NCBI GenBank assembly: GCA_963663275.1
Contig: OY760183.1
Location: forward strand, 1,248,001-1,312,000
Reading direction: 5' to 3'
Source of the DNA: Chloroflexota bacterium
GTDB lineage: Bacteria; Chloroflexota; UBA11872; VXOZ01
DNA length: 64,000 bases
The number at the start of each line of letters is the position of its first letter. The first letter of the stretch is position 1. Position numbers and translations under genes: made by a program. Of this stretch, positions 38,393-48,041 are shown piece after piece. The notes under the pieces are model-generated. The model saw only the letters and a program-made list of their open reading frames with translations, was not told where the DNA came from and ran no database searches.

Positions 38393-38534
38393 GAATATCA
38401 CCCTTTCTTGCCGTCTGCACAGTGATCAGTTTGCCAAGTGGCCTATCACCGCAGCCAACGGCCTCCAATCGCTCAATCACTCCAGCGCCGGATCCACTTT
38501 CATCCCGCGCTCCCATTATCCTCAAGCGCGAACC

Positions 38535-39707
38535 TCAAACCGGACCGCGCAACGACTCCCAATCCCGCAGCGGGAACTCGATGAGCCGTCCTTCCTGCGC
38601 TGCCAGATACGCGCCTTCCACCACCTCCAGCGAGCGGGCGCCGTCGATGCCGTTGGACTCCGGCTCGCGGTCCTCGCGGATGGCTGTCAGCAGTTCCTTC
38701 TCTTGCGCGTAGAAGCCCGCCGCGTAGGGCACGTGCAGCACCAGCTTTTCATTGGCCATTTCCGGATTGTTGCGGCGCGGCTGCTCGAAAGTGCAATCGG
38801 CGAAGGCTTGAGCAACCTGCGGCTCTTCGAACGTCAACCAAGGCAGTTTGTTGCTGTAGAGGGTGATCGTGGCATCGGAGCCATGCCCAATTCCACCCTC
38901 CATAATCAGGTAGCCCTCGCTGCCGTTGATGACGATCTGGCGGTGCTGCGGCCCCTGCAAGCACCACACCATCTCGAACACCCCGATCGCGCCGCTGTTG
39001 AAGCGGAAGAGCACGTGGGACGTGGTCTCGATTTCCGCGGTTTCCCACAGGAAGTTATCGAACTCCGCGCCCGCGATGTGCTTGACCCCGCTGCCCTCCC
39101 AGAAGAGCAGGGTATCGATGTAGTAGCAGCCGTCGCGGTGGAGCGCGCCGCCGCCGGCCGTGGCTTTGCCGAGTTTCCAACCCATGTTGGAGCGGGAACC
39201 CTGCGTGATCACGTCCTTGTGGAGCATGTGGCGCTCCAGCACGTGGTAGACGTCGCCGATGAGGCCGGCGTCCAGGATGCGCTTCACGGCGCGGGCGGGC
39301 GGTTCGAAGCGGTCCCGGTCGGCGATCATGAGCTTGACGCCGGCGTCGCGGCAGGCGCGGATGGCTGCAACGGATTCGTCCAGATCGAGCGTCAGCGGCT
39401 TTTCGCAGATTACGTGAACGCCGGCCTCCGCCGCCGCCAGTATGGCGGGCAGATGCAGGTGATGCGGCAAACAGATGTCCACCGCCTGCACCTCCGGGCG
39501 TTGCACCACCTCGGCGAAGTCGGTTGCCGCCGCCCGCGCGCCATACTGCCGGACTCTGGCTTCGGCCCGCTCCACGTCACTGTCGCAGGCCACTTCCAGC
39601 CGCGCCTCGCCGGCGCGCTCCAACCGCTGCCAGCCGTCGAAATGAGGATGGGATATGCTGCCGCAGCCAATCACGGCTACGCCAATTGGATCACCATTCG
39701 TTGCCAT
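38535..39707 (-). CDS. Gfo/Idh/MocA oxidoreductase
   Basis: VIGCGSIS, HVICEKP, GGGALHRDGC. Confidence 0.9.
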   Translation of the reverse strand: MATNGDPIGVAVIGCGSISHPHFDGWQRLERAGEARLEVACDSDVERAEARVRQYGARAAATDFAEVVQRPEVQAVDICLPHHLHLPAILAAAEAGVHVICEKPLTLDLDESVAAIRACRDAGVKLMIADRDRFEPPARAVKRILDAGLIGDVYHVLERHMLHKDVITQGSRSNMGWKLGKATAGGGALHRDGCYYIDTLLFWEGSGVKHIAGAEFDNFLWETAEIETTSHVLFRFNSGAIGVFEMVWCLQGPQHRQIVINGSEGYLIMEGGIGHGSDATITLYSNKLPWLTFEEPQVAQAFADCTFEQPRRNNPEMANEKLVLHVPYAAGFYAQEKELLTAIREDREPESNGIDGARSLEVVEGAYLAAQEGRLIEFPLRDWESLRGPV

Positions 39708-39836
39708 TGTTGCTCGCTTTCTCGAGTTTCCGCGCTGCCGTATGCTGCGGGATGTGTGTATAGTACGCCAATGACGGTACTGATTGCCACGCTGCGCGCC
39801 TTGCCCGCGGTGGTGTGAGCGAGGTGGCGCCCAAGA

Positions 39837-40178
39837 GGCGGGGGACAAGCCCCCGCGCTACGTTTCGTAGTGGAGCAGCGTAAAGTCCGGGAAGGCGACA
39901 GATCCGCGTAAGGGCGGTTCGCGAACCGCCCCTACCGCATGGTCGGATACGGGGGACAGGCTCCAATGCCGTCGCATCAACGCAATGTGTGTGAAAGCGG
40001 TGGCTCAGATTTCTGGTAGCGCAGGTTTGTAACCTGCGGCTTCGTTCTTCGATCTTGCGAATTGGTTTTCCTTGCTCCGGCGGGGGACAAGCCCCCGCGC
40101 TACGTGACGTAATGGAGTACCGAAAAGACTGGGAAGGCAAGTAATCCGCGTAGGGGCGGTTCGCGAACCGCCCCTACT
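39837..40178. repeat. Duplicated composite of inverted REP B + REP D (gtaggggcggttcgcgaaccgcccctac), with REP C between the two units
   Basis: About 100-bp units at 39837-39935 and 40079-40177. Confidence 0.85.
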
Positions 40179-40395
40179 ACCGCACGATAACCGGGATGGC
40201 GCGAGAAAGAGCGCCGCGTCATCTCCGGTTGAGGTTGCGAGAAAGAACCTACTCTCGTATCGGCTCTGCACCGGCATAGTACAATGTGTTTGGAAGACTG
40301 CGTGATTCCGAATGCAATCCAACGCGCAGCCTGAACTCTAGGCGGGAAAGAGCCCGCTCCGATTCCTTGAAGACCGGCACGCGAGGGCAGCGAGC

Positions 40396-40899
40396 ATGAG
40401 CAAGAGAAGACCCATAGAGGGACGCGGACTGCTGGCAAAGCCACTGTTCGTTGGCGCCGCCGCCGTGGTCGCGGTTGCCATCGGGCTGGCGGGCCTGTGG
40501 CTGTTCGTCTGGAACGCCGACGCGCCGCAGCGGGCGGACGCCAGCGACCGGGCGCTGGTCGCTCGCGGCGAAGTCCTCTACCAACTGCACTGCGCCAGTT
40601 GCCACGGCGCGAACCTGGAAGGGCAGCCGAACTGGCGCGAACGCGATGAAGACGGCATGTTGCCCGCCCCGCCCCACGACGCCACCGGCCACACCTGGCA
40701 CCACAGCGACGGGCTGCTCTTCGACGTGACGAAATACGGCTCCACCGCCGTGATCGGCAGCGACTACATGAGCAATATGCCCGGCTTCAGCGAAAACCTC
40801 AGCGACGGCGACATCTGGGCAATTCTCTCATTCATCAAAAGCACCTGGCCGCCGGATATCCAGGAAATCCAGTCTGAATTGGAGGATACACGACAGTAG
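40396..40899 (+). CDS. Membrane-anchored c-type cytochrome
   Basis: N-terminal TM helix, CASCH, PAPPHDATGHTWHH, MP axial Met. Confidence 0.92.
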   Translation: MSKRRPIEGRGLLAKPLFVGAAAVVAVAIGLAGLWLFVWNADAPQRADASDRALVARGEVLYQLHCASCHGANLEGQPNWRERDEDGMLPAPPHDATGHTWHHSDGLLFDVTKYGSTAVIGSDYMSNMPGFSENLSDGDIWAILSFIKSTWPPDIQEIQSELEDTRQ

Positions 40900-40967
40900 T
40901 AAATGCTTGCTACTTTTTCCTGCTGAACGAACTACTGTGCTCTAGAGCGAGCATATGCGGTCCGAGT

Positions 40968-41747
40968 TCATCCTTGAAAGATGTGTTCCCTGTGGTAAGC
41001 CAGAAACTCCCTTCCCGGTTCGTACATCAAGGGAAGGCGAATTTGCATCCCATTGTACTTCTGAATTGCAGCCACATAGAACCTGTCATCTTCGTCTGCT
41101 TCTTTCCGCGATACCCGGACAGTCATGTCGTCGTCAATTGTAATTAATCCGATATCAAATGCCTTGTCATGCAACGAAGACAGGAGAAGGCCGTTGCATG
41201 GGTTTAGTCGGTTGCACCTGTCGTCGTGCCACGGAACAATGTGGCTTGCGACAAGCAACTGGGGCACTGATAAACCAGTAATGCAGCACCGACCCTCGTA
41301 AGCACCTAAGAGGAGTGATCGAAAAAACGCCTGATGGGTGCGTGCAGTGGTTTGCACAGGCCGATCTTCACCAATCCGGTCATCGACAGATTTGCCTTCG
41401 AGAGAGTATTCCGCCGATTCTTCCTCAACCCCAAGTTCCACTCTTGCTCGATAGGAATCGACAGCGAAAGACTCTACGTTGCCTTGCATTTCCTCCCAGA
41501 TTTCACGGTCTTTAGAAGATGCATGTTGCAGCCCTTTACGGCCTGAGGCTAGGACCTTAGGGTCAAGGCTGGCGAAGTTTCCGAGTTTCAATTTCACGGC
41601 CGAAGGAGTCCTGTCAATAGCACTTGCAACTCGCCGGATTTCAGGGTTGTTGCTCTGAATCTTGTTGAACGGAGTTCGCATATACAATTCGAGCGCTACC
41701 AACAACTGTTGACGATTCCATGGATTCCTAGTGGGCATAGCAGACAT
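40968..41747 (-). CDS. HNH endonuclease (putative restriction enzyme)
   Basis: Q..FR..LL.AY, CCITG, ASHIVPW, NGLLL..LHDKAFD. Confidence 0.9.
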   Translation of the reverse strand: MSAMPTRNPWNRQQLLVALELYMRTPFNKIQSNNPEIRRVASAIDRTPSAVKLKLGNFASLDPKVLASGRKGLQHASSKDREIWEEMQGNVESFAVDSYRARVELGVEEESAEYSLEGKSVDDRIGEDRPVQTTARTHQAFFRSLLLGAYEGRCCITGLSVPQLLVASHIVPWHDDRCNRLNPCNGLLLSSLHDKAFDIGLITIDDDMTVRVSRKEADEDDRFYVAAIQKYNGMQIRLPLMYEPGREFLAYHREHIFQG

Positions 41748-41774
41748 CCTTGCCTTCTTTGCGAATATTGACAG

Positions 41775-43124
41775 CTAAGCTCTAACGACGAGTTTCCAGT
41801 TGTAGTGGGCCGAGCCGTTAGCATTTTGGACCCTGCACTTGACATATTGGGCCCCTGGGGATTTCGGGCGGTAATTCAGAGAGTGCGCACGACGAGAATA
41901 AAGCTCGCCGTCAACTAACCACGTATAGCTGAGCGTGGGGTCGGTGTGTTCCTCAGCGTCCAGCGTGGCGTAGCCGATATGGCGGTAGGCGAAGCCGCGG
42001 CCGGGGCCTGGGGTACCGTCGGCTTGCAGCCAGCCTTCCTGCATGTCGCGGGCGGAGTAGTAGAGCGTGTAGCGGCCCGGCTCTTTGAGCACGTGGGGCG
42101 TGGAGGTATAGCGGGCGTCGAAGGCGTCGCGATCGTCGTTCGGGGGAAAGACGGGAAGATTAGAGCGTTCGGTCCATGCCAGGCCGTCGGCTGAGCGGGC
42201 AATCGTGAGGTCGAACCAATCGCCGTAGGCGTCGTCCAGTTGCGCGCGGGTGAAGCGCACGTCGTCGTGCAACGCCGCGCGGTGGCCGCCGTGCCACATG
42301 ACCAAGCCCGGGCCGTCGCGCATGACAAAGGGATAAACGCACGATTTGTAGATGCCCGCCGGTTGGAGCACGTCGGCAATCTCTTCCCAATGGACGCCGT
42401 CGGGCGAGCGCAAGACCATGACGTGGCCGTAGATCGAACTGGGGTCGGGGTCGCCTTCCGGCCGGGCGTTCACCCACATGGTGAAACTGCCGTCGTCCTC
42501 CTGGATGACCGAGGGACAGCGCCCGCTGCGCGTGACCGGCTGCGGGTGAAACTCCCACGCGATGCCGTCCGCGCTTTCGGCGTAGCCTACTTGCTGGGTC
42601 ATCTCCACCAGTTCGCCGACGGCGGTCTGCTCCCAATGGGTGAGCGCCGAGAACCACATGCGGTAGATGCGCCGCTCCAGGTCGTAGAGCACGAACGGAC
42701 TCTGAAAGCACCACCCCCAGCCGACCGCGTCCTGAAACGCCTGGTCGGTGACGATGGGGTTACCGGGATATTCCTCCCAGTGGATGCCGTCGCGCGAGGT
42801 TGCGTAGCCCAGATGGCAGTTGGCGGGCCGCGGCGGGCCGGAGGTGCCAACGTACCACATCTTGTACACGCCGTCGGCGCGAATGACGCCCGGCATGTAG
42901 AGCATCACCCGCGACCAGTCCTGCCTGGTGTTGGTCGTAGAAAGCACCGGCGCCCCCCGCCGCCGCCACCCCTGCTCCACCGGCACGGTCTGCCAAGGCT
43001 CGATCTCCACGCTGAGGTCAACAGTCTCACCCACTGCCAGCGGAATTTCCGGCCCGGTAGGGCTTATAGCTGAGATGCGGGGTACGTACCAGTCAGGTGG
43101 GAGTTCTTGTGACGAATTCGGCAC
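41775..43124 (-). CDS. Five-bladed beta-propeller glycoside hydrolase-like protein with split Ig/PKD-like domain
   Basis: Repeated P.V..DG.YKMWY and GYA.S.DGI.W blades; Ig-like strands at both termini. Confidence 0.7.
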   Translation of the reverse strand: MPNSSQELPPDWYVPRISAISPTGPEIPLAVGETVDLSVEIEPWQTVPVEQGWRRRGAPVLSTTNTRQDWSRVMLYMPGVIRADGVYKMWYVGTSGPPRPANCHLGYATSRDGIHWEEYPGNPIVTDQAFQDAVGWGWCFQSPFVLYDLERRIYRMWFSALTHWEQTAVGELVEMTQQVGYAESADGIAWEFHPQPVTRSGRCPSVIQEDDGSFTMWVNARPEGDPDPSSIYGHVMVLRSPDGVHWEEIADVLQPAGIYKSCVYPFVMRDGPGLVMWHGGHRAALHDDVRFTRAQLDDAYGDWFDLTIARSADGLAWTERSNLPVFPPNDDRDAFDARYTSTPHVLKEPGRYTLYYSARDMQEGWLQADGTPGPGRGFAYRHIGYATLDAEEHTDPTLSYTWLVDGELYSRRAHSLNYRPKSPGAQYVKCRVQNANGSAHYNWKLVVRA

Positions 43125-43163
43125 TAGCAGGCTCCTTAGTCCAAGCTCATCCGAAAGCGATTG

Positions 43164-43934
43164 TCATTGAATGTGTGGATCCTTTTGTGCTACGGGCACT
43201 TGCCGCCATTGGCGGCCGTCGATCACAGCAGCGTCTCCGCCGCGTTTGTTTCTCGCCCCTCCAAGCTGCTTCAAGAAGAATGCAATCTTGAAGTCTGCGG
43301 TCTGGTCGCGCAGGCTTCGTACCCAGTCTAGCTCCATGGGCCTAGCGCCGAAGCCGCTCTCTCCCCCGGCTATTACCCACTGAAGCGTACCGTCTCTTAG
43401 CCAGGGGGTTAGCTCGATCTGTTCCAACAAAGGTTCGGCAGAGACGAACCGTATGGGTGCAGGCAGTCGCGCAAGGACGGTGAGGCGTGGAGCATACTTC
43501 TGGTTTTCTACAGATGTGCCGATCCAAATGTTAGGGTGCCAGCCATCGGGAAAGAATTCTTCGTATTGCTTCCACCAACCAACAGCTCTGCCCGGTCTCT
43601 TCGTTAACACTTGGAAAATGTGACCGCGCTCCAATGCCGCTTGCTCCATCACTCTGAACATCTCGAATACGAACTCAAAAGGGACACGGGGATGGAAGAG
43701 ATCAGACATACTATTGACAAATACACGCCTTGGCCTTTTCCATGTTAGCGGTAGGCTCAATCGCTCAGGCAGCAATTGAACATCGCTTGGAGCGGTACCG
43801 TATCCTTTAACCCCCATGCCCTTTAGGCGCGGATACATCGCGTACATGTAGCAATTGTCGCAGCCGGGCGAAACGCGCGTGCAGCCCGTTACCGGATTCC
43901 AGGTTTCGTCTGTCCATTCAATTGCGGACGGCAT
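43164..43934 (-). CDS. DUF5131 / phage Gp37-Gp68 family protein
   Basis: SAIEWTDETWNPVTGCTRVSPGCDNCY, FVNSMSDLFH, LTKRP, SAEPLL, GGESG, FFLKQ. Confidence 0.93.
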   Translation of the reverse strand: MPSAIEWTDETWNPVTGCTRVSPGCDNCYMYAMYPRLKGMGVKGYGTAPSDVQLLPERLSLPLTWKRPRRVFVNSMSDLFHPRVPFEFVFEMFRVMEQAALERGHIFQVLTKRPGRAVGWWKQYEEFFPDGWHPNIWIGTSVENQKYAPRLTVLARLPAPIRFVSAEPLLEQIELTPWLRDGTLQWVIAGGESGFGARPMELDWVRSLRDQTADFKIAFFLKQLGGARNKRGGDAAVIDGRQWRQVPVAQKDPHIQ

Positions 43935-44010
43935 GTCAGAAACCCTATTGGAGAGTTTGGGAATTACCCTCTTCCGCCTGTTTGATTCAGGCAGCCGCTA
44001 TTTTTCACAT

Positions 44011-44598
44011 TCATCCACTGGAGCTCGAGGAAATGAAGTCCTTCACCAATTTCCCCGCGTCAGCGACATTCCTGCCAATAGTGAGCCTATTCGCCCATCT
44101 TCTGCCGGGATGCAGCGTATCCCACCAGCTTCGTTGGCTATTCCGCCGGCCACTACCCGGGTCGTGATCGCCAAAACCCTCCAGGCACAGATTCCACACC
44201 GGCTTGTAGTAGTCGATCAGGAATCGTTCCGCCAGGGTGATCCAGACCGGGACGACAGCCAAGTAGCGACAGGAGAAATCGGATACTTCAAGGTTGCTCG
44301 CCTCGCTGATGGACTTGGCATGCTCTCTGATTCTGCGCTGCAATGCAGGGCTTCCTACATCCACCTGTTCCCCTTTTCGCGAACCGGGCGGTACAGCCTT
44401 GCCAACGTAAATCGGTCTCTCACTACCCGATATCGGCGTGTAGACGGGCAATGATCCCGAGTAGAACAATGCGTATATCCCTGGTCCGGCGACACCCGCA
44501 ATGCCGTCCAGGCGTTCTTTGGTTTGCTTCTCGAAATGCAGAACCATCCCCGCCATGAGGTTGTCATACGTAAGCGGATCGTAAAGTTCGACCGTCAT
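44011..44598 (-). CDS. Eco29kI-family GIY-YIG restriction endonuclease
   Basis: GIYALFY, IYVGKAVP, EHAKSI, WITLAE, PVWN, GFG.HDPG.GR, WDTLHPGR.WA. Confidence 0.9.
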   Translation of the reverse strand: MTVELYDPLTYDNLMAGMVLHFEKQTKERLDGIAGVAGPGIYALFYSGSLPVYTPISGSERPIYVGKAVPPGSRKGEQVDVGSPALQRRIREHAKSISEASNLEVSDFSCRYLAVVPVWITLAERFLIDYYKPVWNLCLEGFGDHDPGSGRRNSQRSWWDTLHPGRRWANRLTIGRNVADAGKLVKDFISSSSSG

Positions 44599-45914
44599 AG
44601 GCAGCGCATTTCGATGACGGATTCGTACAGTCGATGCCCGTTCACGGCGCCCGCGCGCACGCTGGAATTGATGATACTGTTCCCCACGCGCGTTCCTCGC
44701 GGCACGTGGATATCAACGATTTTGAAGCCATGCGTTTCTGCGATCCTAGCCAGGAAGCGATCCGTTGGGATTGGGACGCCCTGCAAGATGCTGTTGCCAA
44801 TCACAATCAGAGCGGTTGCGCCGGGTTTGAGGCACCAACTCGCCCCCCGTGCGAAACGGGCGCAATCGTTGAAGTACAGCGCCGCATAGTTGGCCCAACC
44901 ATGCCCGCCGTAGATTCCTTTCTCTGGGTTCTTTTTGCGCACCAGGTCGAGTGTGCGCTCGATATCGCCATCTCCAATCGATGGATCTAGCTCGACGTTT
45001 TCCCGATCTCGGGCATTCTGCCAATAGGTGCCGAAGTTCATCTTCTCCAAGCGCTTGAAGTCCTTCGGAGAACGACAAAACCCCAACCAATAGAGATGCG
45101 GTCGTGTATTCCGATTGTAGTGATAATTGTTGAGATAGGGCGGCGAGGTAATGAGCAAGTCTATGCTTTGCTGGCCGACGTTGTGAAAACCATCGAAGAA
45201 GGACTGTTCCAAGACGCGGCCATTCCGCCGCTCGCTTGCGATCCTTGCGCGGCGGTACCAAGCCACGTCGTCTGCCATCTGCGAAACCTTCTTGGTCAAC
45301 GCCTCAGCCACGGGGAAATCATCCACTTCGGGACGTCCGACAGTCACTTTGCGGCCCAGACTTGGTTCGTACGAGTAATTGGAGAAGTCAACCATCGATG
45401 ACGCAAATGCGAGCCGAAAGATATCTGCAAGGCGCGCATCTTGCTCGCCGATGAAGTCCAGCGCCAGCAGCACTTTACGCTCGACTCTGGAACTATAGAA
45501 CGGGGAGCGTGTGCGGAATCCGGGGGGAGGTTGGGTACGAGGTCCGACATCATCTTGGAGAGCATTGCGCATGAATGCGCGAAACGCTTCAACTGTTTCC
45601 CGCAAAGTGTCTGGGTCTAGCCGATGCGCGTTCAGCTTCGTTTGCGAAGCAAAGGCAGCGTAGGGATTAATCTCAAAGCCAACGGCTTCATGCCCGGCAA
45701 GGTCGGCTTCAACGAGGGTGGTCCCAACACCGGCGAATGGGTCCAGGACCACACACTGACCATTCGTGTAACGGGCGATGGCGTCTTCAACGAAGTGCTT
45801 CGAGTAGCCGGCAATCCAGGGAACCCACCGGTGAACCGGCGCGTCCCGGTTTGCCATGAAGGCCGGGTCGCGAAAGGCGCTTTCATCGATCTGCAAGGCA
45901 ATTTGAGCGCCCAT
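44595..45914 (-). CDS. DNA amino-methyltransferase (likely N4-cytosine, alpha class)
   Basis: Motif I VLDPFAGVGTT precedes motif IV ITSPPY; stop overlaps the REase start. Confidence 0.88.
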   Translation of the reverse strand: MGAQIALQIDESAFRDPAFMANRDAPVHRWVPWIAGYSKHFVEDAIARYTNGQCVVLDPFAGVGTTLVEADLAGHEAVGFEINPYAAFASQTKLNAHRLDPDTLRETVEAFRAFMRNALQDDVGPRTQPPPGFRTRSPFYSSRVERKVLLALDFIGEQDARLADIFRLAFASSMVDFSNYSYEPSLGRKVTVGRPEVDDFPVAEALTKKVSQMADDVAWYRRARIASERRNGRVLEQSFFDGFHNVGQQSIDLLITSPPYLNNYHYNRNTRPHLYWLGFCRSPKDFKRLEKMNFGTYWQNARDRENVELDPSIGDGDIERTLDLVRKKNPEKGIYGGHGWANYAALYFNDCARFARGASWCLKPGATALIVIGNSILQGVPIPTDRFLARIAETHGFKIVDIHVPRGTRVGNSIINSSVRAGAVNGHRLYESVIEMRCL

Positions 45915-45947
45915 ACCGTCAACTTTCCAAGGTGAGCACACCCATCG

Positions 45948-47489
45948 CTACCGCGAGTAGTTCGGCGCTTCTTTGGTCAGAATCACGTCGTGGGGGTGGG
46001 CTTCGCGGAGGCCGGCGGGGGACATGCGGACGAAGCGGGCGTCGGTTTTCATATCCTGGATAGTGGCGGCGCCGCAGTAGCCCATGGCCTGGCGCAGGCC
46101 GCCGACCAGTTGGGTGACCATGGCCGCAAGCGGGCCTTTGTACTGCACGCGGCCCTCGATGCCTTCCGGCACCAGTTTCGATTCCTCGCCGATGTAGTCC
46201 TGGAAGTAGCGGTCGCGGCTGGCGGTGCGCGCCTTCATCGCGCCCAGCGAGCCCATGCCGCGGTACTCTTTGAACTGCTCGCCTTGGTAGAGCACCACCT
46301 CGCCGGGGCTTTCTTCCACGCCGGCGAAGAGCGAGCCGATCATCACCGTATCCGCGCCCGCGGCAATCGCCTTGGCCACGTCGCCGGCGAACTGGATGCC
46401 GCCGTCGGCGATCACGGGGATGCCGTATTGGGTGGCGACGCCGGCCACGTCGGCAATGGCCGTAATCTGGGGCACGCCGGTGCCGGTCACGACCCGCGTG
46501 GTGCAGATGGAGGCCGGCCCCACACCGACTTTCAAGGCGTCGGCCCCCGCCTCTATAAGGTCTTCCGCCGCGGCGGCCGTGGCGATGTTGCCGGCGATCA
46601 CCGGCACGTCGAACAACGTCTTGAGCTTGCGCAGCGTCTCGATGACGCCGGCCGAGTGGCCGTGGGCGCTGTCCAGCACCAGCACGTCAACGCCGGCCGC
46701 CACCGTTTCCTGGGCGCGCTCGATGCCTTCCACGTTCGTGCCCACGGCCGCGCCCACGCGCAGGCGGCCTTTTTCGTCCTTGGTCGCCAGCGGAAACTGG
46801 ATCTTCTTGGCGATGTCCTTGACCGTAATCAACCCTTTGAGCATGAAAGCGTCGTCCACCACCGGCACTTTCTCGATGCGGTGGCGGCGCAGGATTTCTT
46901 TTGCCTCTTCCAGCGTGGTGCCGACGGGGACGGTGACGAGATTCTCTTTCGTCATCACGTTCACCACCGGCTGGTCGAGATTTTCCTCGAAGCGGATGTC
47001 GCGGTTGGTGAGGATGCCGACCAGCTTGCCGTTCTCGGTGATGGGCACGCCGGAGATGTGGTAGCGTTCCATCAGGTCCACCGCCTGGCGCACGGTGGCG
47101 TTGGGCCCCAGGGTGATCGGATCCACGATCATGCCGGCTTCCGAACGCTTGACCTTGTCCACCTCGGCGGCTTGGACGTCTACCGCCAGGTTGCGGTGAA
47201 TCACGCCGAGGCCGCCCTCCCGCGCCAGCGCAATCGCCAGCCGCGCTTCGGTGACGGTATCCATGGCGGCGGAGATCAGCGGGATATTGAGCGCAATCGC
47301 CGGGGTCAGCCGCGCGCGGGTGTCGGCGTCTTTGGGCAGCACGGCGGAATAGGCGGGAATGAGCACAACGTCGTCGAAGGTCAGGCCCTGCTTAACCAGC
47401 TTGGCGTCGGACGCGGGTTCGTTGGTGGGAGCAAGGGGCTCAGGCGCGGCGCTCAGGCCCGTTCTCCCGGCGGCATCGTTCCGTATCAC
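45948..47489 (-). CDS. guaB: IMP dehydrogenase
   Basis: LTFDDV, CBS pair, [36 protein letters not shown]. Confidence 0.98.
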   Translation of the reverse strand: MIRNDAAGRTGLSAAPEPLAPTNEPASDAKLVKQGLTFDDVVLIPAYSAVLPKDADTRARLTPAIALNIPLISAAMDTVTEARLAIALAREGGLGVIHRNLAVDVQAAEVDKVKRSEAGMIVDPITLGPNATVRQAVDLMERYHISGVPITENGKLVGILTNRDIRFEENLDQPVVNVMTKENLVTVPVGTTLEEAKEILRRHRIEKVPVVDDAFMLKGLITVKDIAKKIQFPLATKDEKGRLRVGAAVGTNVEGIERAQETVAAGVDVLVLDSAHGHSAGVIETLRKLKTLFDVPVIAGNIATAAAAEDLIEAGADALKVGVGPASICTTRVVTGTGVPQITAIADVAGVATQYGIPVIADGGIQFAGDVAKAIAAGADTVMIGSLFAGVEESPGEVVLYQGEQFKEYRGMGSLGAMKARTASRDRYFQDYIGEESKLVPEGIEGRVQYKGPLAAMVTQLVGGLRQAMGYCGAATIQDMKTDARFVRMSPAGLREAHPHDVILTKEAPNYSR

Positions 47490-47631
47490 CGGCAGTCTCT
47501 CCTCTGGTGCAAAGGGGATGGCTCACGCGTGCGGGGACCTCTTGGGGTCTATTATACGGTACGGCGCTGGCGTTCGGAGGAGATTCTGCCGAGGTACGGA
47601 GAAAACCGTCCAATTTCCTTGACCGCGCCCC

Positions 47632-47666
47632 TTGCAATCGACAAGCTACTTAGATATTCTATATAC
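47632..47666 (+). promoter_or_regulatory. Sigma70-type promoter giving a probably leaderless padR mRNA, overlapped by a palindrome
   Basis: ttgcaa-17-tattct-6-ATG; taga-tat-tcta inverted repeat over the -10. Confidence 0.6.
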
Positions 47667-48041
47667 ATGTTACGCGAATTACGCAAAGGCACGGCCAGCC
47701 TGCTGCTGCTCGACCTGCTGGCGGCGCGGCCCATGTACGGGTTCGAGCTTGCCGAGGCGCTGCGGGAGCGCACCAACGGCGTGCTCGCCTTCAAGGAGGG
47801 CACGCTCTACCCGGCGCTGCACCGTCTGGAAGCCGAGGGGCTGGTGACGCCCTACTGGCAAGACAGCCCGCGCGGGCCGCGCCGCCGCTACTACCGCCTG
47901 ACGGCGCGCGGCCGCCAGGCGCTGGATGAACGCCGCGCACAGTGGCGCACACTGGTGGAGGCTATCGATGGCGCGCTTGACACCGGAAACGAAACGCTTT
48001 CTCCGCAAGGCCGTGGCGGGACTGCCCCCGCCGAAACGTAA
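47667..48041 (+). CDS. PadR family transcriptional regulator
   Basis: ELRKGT..LLL, PMYGFEL, KEGTLYPALHRLE, RRRYYRLT. Confidence 0.95.
   Translation: MLRELRKGTASLLLLDLLAARPMYGFELAEALRERTNGVLAFKEGTLYPALHRLEAEGLVTPYWQDSPRGPRRRYYRLTARGRQALDERRAQWRTLVEAIDGALDTGNETLSPQGRGGTAPAET

Noticed and set aside
44011-44598. CCGCGG avoidance as support for Eco29kI specificity
   Set aside because: Sites are present (e.g. 7403, 17349), and I cannot compute expected counts; specificity is left unassigned.
40900-45960. Prophage or integrative element at guaB
   Set aside because: No integrase, structural genes or att repeat seen; DUF5131 alone is not evidence of a phage.
45990-47666. Long N-terminal extension of PadR and similar long antisense ORFs (e.g. 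17568-19628, 58538-59860)
   Set aside because: GC-rich shadow frames opposite clear genes (guaB, SBP, gmd).
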